Shown here piece after piece: positions 1 to 11,491 of a DNA stretch of 64,000 bases (the stretch's first letter is position 1; the number at the start of each line of letters is the position of its first letter). The notes beneath the pieces are model-generated. The model did no database searches, was not told the origin of the DNA, and saw only the letters and a list, made by a program, of their open reading frames with translations. Where the stretch lies: assembly GCA_002633005.1 (NCBI GenBank), contig NMRA01000005.1:955001-1019000 (forward strand), read 5' to 3'. Made by a program: the position numbers and the translations under genes. The stretch comes from Phoronis australis (lineage: Eukaryota > Animalia > Phoronida).

Positions 1-139
1 TTTGGATTAGGCTTTGCTGCCAAAAATGACTCGCCAGGCTTATTTAGAGAAGTCTCTGAGCTCTGGGCAGCAAGTAGTCACCGTTGCACATTGGTCCACT
101 TGACCCTGTCTGTATATTCACCGACATCTTTCTCTGCAG

Positions 140-237
140 GTCTCTGCCCTGACTGGGAGGATTGGGAGCCGAAGAACAAGAAACAGAACGCAAAAGAGGC
201 CATGGACTTGGCTGAGAAGTGGCTAGACATACCGCAG
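140..237 (+). CDS. FLNA: Filamin exon, CH2 domain ([33 protein letters not shown])
   Basis: tctctgcag|GT...CAG|gtaggt; phase 1 to 0. Confidence 0.95.
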
Positions 238-3200
238 GTAGGTGGTGCTTCAGGCTCAGTCTTAACTTAGCCAGGGGATTGTCAGTGTAGGGGTGGTTGG
301 TAAATCCTTGTCGGTCTAGTACATAGGATATTGGAAAGCAATACTTGACTTGGTTTTGGTGGTGGTGTAAATGTGGATGAGGCTTTTCCTGCTTGGCTTT
401 TCTCAGTCCAAGGGGTGAATGAGACTTTTTTGCTTGGCCTTTCTCAGTCCAAGAGGTGGATGAGACTTTTTCTGCTTGGCCTTTCTCAGTCCAAGAGGTG
501 GATGAGACTTTTGTCTGCTTGGCCTTTCTCAGTCCAAGAGCTAGTGCCTGTCTGAGGAGAAATGACAGGTGCAAGCTATCATTAATAGTTCTGTGTTCAA
601 GGTATGGTTAGCACATAAATTTCATTCCTTGTAAACCATGCCTTACCTGTCAAGAATGCATTTGCATAGACTGTATTTATGATGAGGTCAGGATGCCCTG
701 TATGTGGTATAAAGCTGCCTATTTTGGCAGCTGATTGTCATGTGGGCACTTTACAACCCTGTTATGCCCTTCAAATGCTGTGTTCCTATTTGCTTCACAA
801 ACAGTAAGGATTAGGTGCTATTGAAATTTTATTCTTTTAAAAAAATCAAAAGTTGCAGAAACTTCTAACTATGAATTCGGCTTCTCTCAGCCGCCATGGC
901 GGGGAATTCTGGGTCATTTTGTTTGCATTGTACCTCTAACGATCCTTTTTCTAGTTGCCTTTAATTACAAATTGGCAAAATTGCTCTTCTCACTAACGAG
1001 ATGAAGTAGTATATTTGCGGTTTTGTGCACCTCAACTTATCCCCAGACTTCAGATTTGACGCCATCTTGAATGCGTACTTAACAAATTAGTGTACAAATG
1101 CCCGTTTTGCAGGTGCAGAGGCTATTGATTTAAAAGATTTTATTTTAGCACAGGGTCTGATGTCAGCCTCAGAAATTCTCCACTGTCAATTTTTAGGAAA
1201 ATACTGCTGTTGGGAATTGTTTTAATAGGTCAACTTTTGCTTGAGGGTTTATGCAAAACAGCAGTAATGATTTCAATGAAAAAATCAAAAGTCGAATGCA
1301 ACGAGGACGAAATGATAATTTGTAAAACTTTTTTGAGATTTCATATTACAGTTATCAAAGGTATTTCATCAATTTTTATTGCTGTTGTTTTGCTATCAGT
1401 GCATATCTTTCTTTTTTGTAAATTTCACTAGGCAGACATGATCACACGACCCAATTGATAACAGATTGGTAAAAAGTCAAAAATCAAATTCTGCAAACTT
1501 TCTACTTTCAGAAACTATGTAGCTTTAATGTAGCTTTAATGGGTTAAAATGTATAGTGTGGTAGATATTTGGCTGAATACCTAGACTTTTCCTAACCTTA
1601 CACTGGTTTTGACAGTAAATTCTATTTGTTTGAACTGGTTGATGGTATTGCATCTGTTTCATGCATCTCCAACTCTGCTGATAGTTTGGTATCCATGCAC
1701 ACAGCCATTTTCTAGGGGTCATCTGCACCTGTGTTTGTTGCAGCAGTTTTCAACTACTCTATGTCTGGATTCTGCTGCCCCTGTTGCTGGGGGTTGTAAC
1801 TATGTGTAAAAATTGTGGGTTGCCCGATGGAGTCGCAGTAGAGAGATGTCTCGAAGTACATGGTGTAGGTGTAACAGATGAACTTGGGTTAAAGTTGGTT
1901 ATTTTAAACAAACGTTGCCCATCATATTAAGATTAAGATTAAGTCGCTATTGTGCAGATATGTTCACAAATAATTGCTGTCCTGCAAATGCATCATTCAT
2001 CTGTCTTAAAACGCAAAGTAATGAGGCTTGTACACAGAGAAATAATTAAGACGGGTCTTTCAAGATTTGTGCACTATTAGTACGATTTGTCTATTGGCGA
2101 AACGTTTCAGGCTATATTTATTGCCCAGCCTCATTGCTACACCATGCATGAGGTGTAAATTTCCTTCATTCTAATTTTCCTTTGATCACGGTGATGTAAG
2201 TAGATTAAGTCATTACTTGTAGTTGATACAAACTGAAGGTAGTCTAACATAGTTGACAGATCAGTTTTGGTCATGTTCAACATTCCTGCTCCAGTTGTCT
2301 ACCCTTTGCAGGAAAGTGGCAGCCCATCCCTTGCCTCCTTATTTGATAGTCTCCATTAGACCCTTCAGCCATGTGTTAGCTATTAGATTTCTTCATAGAT
2401 TATTAACAGTGTCTTTAGTTTATTTACGTAACCAGAAATTGATACACTGGCTCCTCTCTCTTCCTGTCAGTCTGATACATTCTTGATATCAGGAAACACT
2501 TGGGATAGAGAAGTTTCCTGCTGGGCTTTCAGTTATGTGTTGCAAGTTCTTGACAATGTGAACTGGGAACTACCACCCTTGTGCGGCTATATAGTGTAAT
2601 TTTGTTGGTAAATAAATGTGTGCCTATCTATCTACGTATTTGTACTGCAACATCTTCGTGTTGTTTTCCATTCAAATGTGTAATCTCACTTAAAGTTTGG
2701 CAATTAAGGCGACTAAAATTACATCAAAATGTCAGGGCTTGGAATTTTCCGTGGAAACGCGGATTTCCGCTTTTTTCAAATGTGCTTTCCGCTTTTTTTA
2801 TAATATTTCCGCGTAAAAAAATCGGATTTGATATAAAATTTCCGCGGCAAATTCCTTTCTTACCGCGGCGTTGCAGACGACGTTCACCTCGAAAAGCGGA
2901 AGTTGCTTTTTATGTTTCGGAGGAACGTAAATTGTCAACATTGCCGGGGCATCTGGGACAGTGTGGTGGGATTTTCAATGGCGTCTCGTGTTATTGTTAA
3001 GCGCGGCGACAAATACTACCGCTCTGCAGCCAAAAATGTGTGGGTTGGGAGTGGACGGGCGAGCGCAGATGCATGCCACTGATGGTGGTAACATTTCTTT
3101 TTTTTTTAGTCCTCCCGATTTTTGTCGGGGAAAGGTTCATTTCAAGGCTGGTTATCGGGCATGATTTGGGCCGTAAAAGTTTCAAAGTTTCCACGTTTTT

Positions 3201-6200
3201 TTGTCATTGGTCATTCCAAGCCCTGAAATGTTGACTTGTACACGTTACTCATTTCATTACAAAAAATCCCCAAAGCTGCATTACTTCACATACTCTATTA
3301 TAAATCGCAGATCAGATTTTTCAGGAAAACCTGATTAAAATTTTCCATAATTACTGTTAGAGAATGCAAGGATACACAGCTTTGGGGTTTTTTTTGTTCC
3401 CATATCAAAGATCTTGGTTCATTTCCATGTGCGAAATACAAAAAAATGGTTTAATTTTAGCCATCTTATTTACCAAACTCGACTCCCGCGACTTGCATTT
3501 TAGTAGAGAAACATCGTATAATGAATCTGAACGAAAACCAAATTAGCTAAAAGGTATGCCTATGTAATGCTGTTTTGATGTCATAACATGCAACATTTCC
3601 CAACAAAATGGCTGTCGCTGGCGTCGCATTCGAATGATGGTGACCTTCACTTTTTCTGCACTCTGAAAATTTGAATGTAAAGAAGCACATCATGTTGCTT
3701 CTTGCCTTTCTGTGTTCTAAGATGAATCAAAAAATATTAAATGGGGTATTTGTTTAATCATTCGCTTGACTTACTTACTGACCGGTGTCCACTTGCAGCT
3801 TATCAAGCCAGAGGAGATGACCAGCAAGGATGTGGATGACCCCAGTATGATGACCTACTTGGCACAGTTCCCCAACGCCAAGCTGAAGCCGGGCGCACCC
3901 CTCCGCCCACGTACCAACGCTGGACGCGTACGAGCTTATGGTCCAGGTATGTTGACTAGCATTCAGTAGACTTGACGAGTGCAACTGAGATGAATGATTC
4001 ACGATTCCTCAATAAATGTTTAGTTATTTTCTCAAGTCAACTATTGTCTTGCTATGACTGTCTAATTGAGACACTTGTTCACTCCTTTTCACCTGTCTCT
4101 TCAGTTTCCATACAGGTTTTACAACAAATACTCAAACTGTGCTGTTTTAACTTACACGCCGGAGCTAAACTTTTACTTGAGCAAAGGCACAGTTTCATTG
4201 TCATGCGAAATCTTCATGAACACGCGTTATTAGTCATTCGTGGCACAGTTGTGAAAATTCACATACCGTAGTCGTCAGGGATAACACTGATATTTGGGTA
4301 AACACTAATTTTCCAATTTTCCAAATGTACATTTTTTCTTAACCCGTGCTTGAGTGCCTTCCCACCCACCCACAGTTTTTACAGGTGGAAATTTTAGTTG
4401 AATGCCTCTCCCCACTGATTTTTGGATTCTCAAATTAAATTGGGCCTTACCCCATGTGAGCACTGTATGTTCAATTAAAAAAAATGTAATGATGTACACT
4501 GGTGTGAGAATTGTCAATCAACTACTAATTTATTCTAGTTTAGTTTTTCAGTTCACCTTGATTTTCAGGTTAACCCTATTTCTTTCAGGTAAACGACCAG
4601 TTTCCTTTAGCATATGATAGTCCTCTCCCTTTATTCCTATTTTATAATATTGCAATATAACATTATTATCAGTTCTTCACCCAAAACACATGTTTTGTTG
4701 TTATCCAGCCTATCTCACCATGTTCAGCAGAATCCAGCTAGCGACACAAGCTCATACTATCTGAATGACTGAGACTTAACACTCATCATTTTGCAAGTCA
4801 AGTACAATGTTCCTCTAGTCATTTGTATAAGTGCCCTATTGCCGCAGACAACTAAAGTGTCGTTAATGTAGGCAGAGTGTCTCTTACCTGTTCCAGTTGA
4901 TTCAGGAAATTAAGTTTCTATACTCTGTTCACAAAGCGCTGCCAAAGCTCCATCTTTGTTCTGGCAAACCCTGCGGCTACTCAAAAATAGGGCCAAACTC
5001 ATTTTATTCAGGTTAAGTTTTGTATTCAGGTTAAGTGTTGTATTCAGGTTAAGTGTTGCAGTCCGCAGTGAGGAGCATTGCTGTAGCTGGCTAGTGCTGA
5101 ACATGACCGTACAGCCTTCATTGTATTTTACTTGCTCCCTCTTAGGTCTTCAGCCAAAGGGTTTAAATCGGTGGGGACCCACATTCTTCACGGTAGAAAC
5201 ATTCAGTGCAGGCGAGGGTAAACTTGAAGTGACACTACTCAGTCCCAAGGGGAATAGCCAGCCGGTTAGTCGGGCTTGTGTGCCGTGATTGGCTGGGTTT
5301 GACGCGCTGCCTTGTGTCACGATCCCCAGCTTATCGCCATACGCGAGGGACATGTTCATCAACTGACAGACATTTGCAAATTCAAGAAGATCATGCAAGC
5401 TTCCAAGAGGTGTCGCCGTGTGTTGACTTATTTATGGATAGACAAACTTTTTTATGTGCGCGCATTGCAATGTAGACATTTATGGGATATTTTTGTCCTC
5501 CTGCCACCTGGTGACTGGAAAATGTAGCTGTTTTGTCTAATGTAAAAGAACAATTTTTCACAATCTGTTGCGCTCAGAAGTTTTTTTTCTAACCATCAGT
5601 GATAGCCTGTGGTGAACATGTCCCTGTCCTCATACTCTCCTCCTCCAGGGCTGTTGAATGTCTGCTGTTGTGAAATATTGTGGTGTCTCATATACCCACA
5701 CTGCTCAAATTGGTCTCCTGTCCTTAATTATCCTGAGTGTGTCTACCAGTTGTGATTACCCAGAGTGCCGTGTTCTGTTGCGCCGTCACTCATGTCGGCC
5801 TGGATGGACCACTGAAGGAGTGAATGGCCTGATTTGTTGCTTCGAACAGCGAGCATTCTTTTTAGCTATGAGAAGTCTCGATGTGTGTGATGCATTGTTG
5901 GAGCGCTTATTACAACAGACTTTTGAAATCAGATGTCGAAAATTGTTCAAGTTTTGATTAATTGTTCAAAAAGCCATCTAGAAAGAGGCTCATTTTTTAC
6001 ATGCGGTTTCTTCGATAGCATCAGTGTGGATACCAGAAAAGATGGAAAAATACAATGTGCTCTGTGAGGCATTTCTTGCACTGTCAATCATAGAATCAAT
6101 TTCTGTAGAGTATTGTTTTGTAAGTAACAATTGTTTGGTATTGAGTGAACGTTTTCTGATCTTCTGAAGCATAAAACGGGTAATCAGAAATTCCTCAAAA

Positions 6201-9200
6201 TTTCGTATTACGTGTTCTGGGCCTTATTGTGAGCTAGAAAGTTCAAGTAGTGCCGAGATTTTCATCTTCAAACATTGAAGCTATCGGTTGAAGCCTAGAC
6301 GCCTTCCTTTCCCCTTGTTTGCTAATAACCGCTTTGATGACAGGCTTGGAGCCCAAGGGTAATGCCAAGGGCGCCCCCGCTCCTTTTGTCGTGGAGACAT
6401 TCAGCGCTGGCCGTGGCGAGCTAAGTATCCTCGTGTTGAATCCTAAAGGAAAACAGGAGCCTGTAAGTGTGTGCTTGTGTAGGACTTAATACAGCTACGG
6501 TGGTAGATACAGACAGCATAGATACCAGAATGCTACCTCTTAGATAACCATTACAATATGCCAACTTAAATTATAATTGTATTTAGAATGAAATTTGATG
6601 TAATGCCAGCTTTCCAAAATAACAGGATTTTGACATTTGAACAAAAAGAATAAGTTGTGGGTTCTCCAGATCGCCGTTATTTGGAGAGTTAATTATTTTG
6701 ATTTTCATCAATTTTCTGTGAAGTCAAAATTGGTCATAGTATGATTAGAAAACGTACAATCATGTTAACATGAACTTTTTTATTTGTGCGGCGATTGTCT
6801 ATTTTCTTATCAAAATTGAGATGAAATTGGATCACATGTTTATTGTATCGAATGGAAATATGGCAGTTCAGGTTTAGATCCATTCCTCTCCATTCTTTCA
6901 TTCCTGTCTATCTTACGGATCGTAGCAGAGCGAGTAATTTAAGTCGGCATTTTGTTTAGTTGCTGATCGTGATTTCTAACGCAGTTATTTTGTTTTGCAA
7001 GGACTAACGACAAAGTTGTGTTTTTCAGAAGTTGTGTTCTGCATGACATTCATCAGTCAGCACAAGATTACTTACTGCATGAATCGCTGGTTGTCATGTC
7101 TTATCTTACTTCCTGGGTCACTCCTTTCTTCAGAAATGTTGTTTCAAGAATACAACGAAAAATGGTCAAATTTAGTTTTTATCAAGGATGTTGCTTCTGC
7201 GATGTTTTGTACGAAATTTTAATGCTGTGTCATGTTGCAGTGTATGGCGAATATTAAATTGTTAGTTGAAACCTCCCTCCGTGAACTGCTGATTTTGGAT
7301 GTAGTGGATAATTATGAACTTTTGTCGGTGTACTTTTGTTGAACGAGATGGTTTACCGGTATAAAATAGACCTCAGGCTGTCTCTTACATGGATTAGAAG
7401 CAGGTTGTGGTCTTGGGAGTAGTGCCAGTTTGTTACTAACTGCTTTTGATCCTTAGACTGAACTTAAGCAAGTTGGTTATCACAGGTTGTTGAGCTTTGA
7501 AAAGCAGCGTGTCTTCTTTGTTTCGACATTTTGCTGTCCAGAATCTAAATCCTTACAAAGGAGGAGGTGAAAGTTTAGCTTAGAATTGTGTGAATCTGCT
7601 TCCAGAGACGGATAATTTTGACCTCAAGGCTGGACGCTAAGGGACTTTGTCTAAGTAGCTAAAGCTTTCCTTGAACGGATATTTGTTGCAAAGGACTAAC
7701 TAGAAAGTCCCAGCTTAAGAAACTGGATTTAGTCACTCAGACATGGAATAACATAGAATAACAAAATAACATTTCCATGTCATATTGAATCTCCTGGAGA
7801 ATATAGAGTAAAGGTCGAAAGGCCAAAAGTAGTTGCATAGTATGGGGGTCCAATAAAACAACATACAGTATAAGGGTGTTTGCGGTCATGTAGACAACAA
7901 CATACAGTATAAGGGTGTTTGCGGTCATGTAGACAACAACATACAGTATAAGGGTGTTTGCGGTCATGTAGACAACAACATACAGTATAAGGGTGTTTGC
8001 GGTCATGTAGACAAATGGGAAGTTGATAAGCTTATTGGTTCATTACATTTCACAATTCATGGCCTTGCTGTGTTCAGATTGATATGCAAAACGTATTGTA
8101 GCAACAAGTGTTCCTGTTCAAGGAAGGCTTCAAGGAGAAGTGGACATACAGCATGTGACAAAGCATGTTGTTGTTACTGTTATCACTTGTAACTAACAGT
8201 TGAGATCATGTGTTCATTATTCTACTCATTGCCTTGTTTTGTGTTGCATAGGGAGTTATTGGAATAACGAGCATGCATGTGTGTGTTATGGGAAGTTGTT
8301 ATTTCACTCAGGTCTTGAATCGACTGGCAACAACTGCGGGGCTCACTGTAAGTTCACTGTTGAGACGTTCGGTGCGGGAAGGGGCGATGTTTCTGTGACT
8401 GTATTGAATCCGGATGACATTGAAGAAAGCGTGAGTAGCGATGCTGCGTGTGGAGGTTCGCAACGATCCCTCCCTTCTTTTTTGGTGCAGTCATCAATTT
8501 TAGACAGGCATTGTATCCAAAGACAGTGTTTGCACGGTGGTCGTCCCATGGCAAAAAATGTTAATTTTGGCTGGTCAATTCCTTGCATTGCATCTGGTGC
8601 AAAATTATTGGTGCTTGACAAACTTTGATTTGACCGGACTGCTGCACGCGTGTTCTGTATATGTGTTTAAAACAACGACATGTAATGTGCCTCTTAACAC
8701 GCATGCCGTAAATTGTAGAGCATGATTATGTTGAATTATCGCCAATTTAGGACACCATACGGTGTACAGGTAGAATTTTGTGTGTTGTGTATTCATAAAA
8801 GAGAAGTTTGCGCACATAAACGCTTGTCGTTTTCAAGTTGTGTACCAATACCTACTGCCACACTGTGCTCGCAGAAATGCCATACATTCACAACAACGGC
8901 GGAAGGAGTGTTAAACATGTATTTGCATGTTCCTAACTATGCTAATGTATAGCAGGAACTAAAGGACAATGTTATTTGAACATCATCTATGCTAAACTAA
9001 GTGCAGTTGTATTCATTCATTGACTAGTTAAAAATGTGATAACAAAAAATTCTGCAAATAGGTGACCTTTGCACCTTGGGGACTCACATAGCCTGCACCA
9101 TGCAGTGCTATTCTCCAACACCCTGTCACAATACTTACTAGACACGGTTGAGTGATTTACAGTGGATCATTTTTGACACAAAACTTGTTCATAAAAACAT

Positions 9201-11460
9201 TGGGCAATTTTCAACCTACTTCATACTCGCATCGTTGTTACATGCATATGTTGTGTTTCTAAATAATTTAACCTAGAAATCATGCAAAATTCCACTTTAA
9301 ACTGAGTTCAATTTTGACAATTATTTGTGTTAAAATTGGTGAGATTTGACCATACAGCCGTGCTATATATGTCGCAGGAGCTCAGAATTTGTTAAACCAT
9401 AGTTACGTACCAATTCTATGTATAACTTCGGTGTTCATGTTTTGTTTCAGGTGCAACTATTCTAAGTGTTCATCGTTGTTGTTCATATTCATTCATCACA
9501 CTTCATTCTATTTATAGTGCAACGTGAAGTTCAACAATGACAGGAATCTCACTTATTCTTGTGACTACACACCAACCATGGAAGGCGAATACAGGGTAAG
9601 AATGTTGACAAATAACAAACATTTACATGTCATCTCTGGCTAGTGTTAGTCTCTTGTTCGTGACGCCCACAGAATTCTCAGATTTATGTGACCATCCGTA
9701 GGCTATCAAATACATTGCGACAGTTGCTTTAAACTGCTTTGTTTTTGTTTTCTTTAGTATTTTGTAGATTCACTGATCTTGTCTTAGGTTGTGCTTTGTG
9801 ATATTCAGTTTGGCGTAATTTGTTTGCAAGTTCATTTTGAGACAATTTCTGTGCATTTCTATTGAACTTTTACTAGATTTATATAATTTGGGAATTGGGC
9901 TTTTTCCTCCTAGAATCATTTTTGCCAATGAAATGAGCTAAGCTGGTGACTCTTCTATAGGTTTTATGTTTTGAGAAAGAAACTTGTCAAAATGGCGAAA
10001 CTTTCACTAATCGTATGCCAGATTAGCATATTTTGGTTTTCCTGTTTTGACATCCGTTACATTAAATATGACTCAATCTCTTGTTGGTTTCAAAATTATG
10101 GGAAAAACACCCCCATCCCCACCCTATTCCATGAAAAACAAGTTTTGTGTCTGCTGTGGAGGACGTGAGCGAACTATTCAGCGTATTATCCAAAACACTG
10201 TTTTTTGAATTGTGTTAGAATGAGTTCGCTTTGGCGAGATGGTGAATTATTGTTAGTTGAATTCCATATGTCTGTCATGCGTGCGGTCATTGCAGAACTT
10301 GATTGAGGGTGAGGGGAGGTACGAATGTACTTACTCCCCCACCATGGTGGGGACTTATACGGTAGGTGTCCGCGAGTGCCCCTAACTCATCACGAACATC
10401 TCCGTCTTAGGCTGGTCTGCTCACATGTACACTCATTCTGTTCAAGGGGTAGTCAGCGACTACAGTCATAACACATTAGAAGTCATTAGATTTGTGTTTA
10501 GAATATTTAGAGTTTTCTCATCAAAAATTGTTTGAGTGTAGTAATATTAACAAGCTCGTGAGCCAAAATAACCACTTCATGTCTCCTTCAGTGGAGAGCA
10601 GGAGAGTATGGGTATTTTTCTGCCCAAATAAGGCAAGGTTCCGCTGAAACTGACTGGTCATTACTCAAACTGCAAGTGAATGGAGAAATTTATGAATCTT
10701 TACTGGACTTATTGAGAATAATTGAGAGTGTTTCATCAACTACTGTCGACTTTGTCAAACCTTATGCTAATTTTGGTTTTATTTACTCCTTGAATACTGA
10801 ACCAAAAACATTACCATCAATAACTGCAAATTACCTCTAAATATTCATGATACTTGCTGTAAGGTTGCTGACTACTACTTGGACACAGAAACTCGAGAAA
10901 TGCACCTGGGAATCTGTTTATTGTGCACATACAGTTCATCATCCGTTGCAGTCAAGGGGGCAGCAGTGGTTCTGCGAATTTGATTTTTCATTTGACTTGG
11001 CAAGAGTGTCAAGAATGAGGAATTGTGAAAAAAAAACAACAAACAATTAACTAAACGTGCTGTGAGATTGTGATCCCACGTGCAGGCCGAGTCATGGATT
11101 ATTAATTAGTTTAATCGTAATTGTAACAAACGTGCATGCCTGCAGGAAACGTGACTCTTCCTCTAGACTAGTAGGTTGTGGAGTATGAAGTCTGCAGTAC
11201 TTCTCTGTTCTGGTCCCTCTTATTTGTGGCAAAATACTTTCTAGTTTTCGTGGAGTCGTTCTTTTTGTATTTGGGTGCTGTTTTCCGTAGCTCGTGGAAA
11301 AATACTGTTTTGTTGTAATCCTTTTTGTTGCTTTGGTTTATGTTTTCTTTGATTACGTAACAACAACAACAACAACAAGTCAATAACAACAAAAAACAGC
11401 AAGTCCATAGTAACAAAAGCAACAGCCAGCAAAGACAAAAAAAACATCAACGGTGTCAAC

Positions 11461-11491
<31 letters not shown>

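Noticed and set aside
44-574. 176-aa minus-strand ORF
   Set aside because: Antisense to an exon and spans a minisatellite; the peptide is repetitive and matches no family.
6017-6067. [16 protein letters not shown], resembling a filamin strand
   Set aside because: Wrong phase relative to the nearby AG and ends in a stop codon; no usable exon.
7857-8014. Regular repeats here and at 373, 18881, 24244, 40112 and 56700 as CRISPR arrays
   Set aside because: Head-to-tail units without unique spacers, eukaryotic context, no cas genes.
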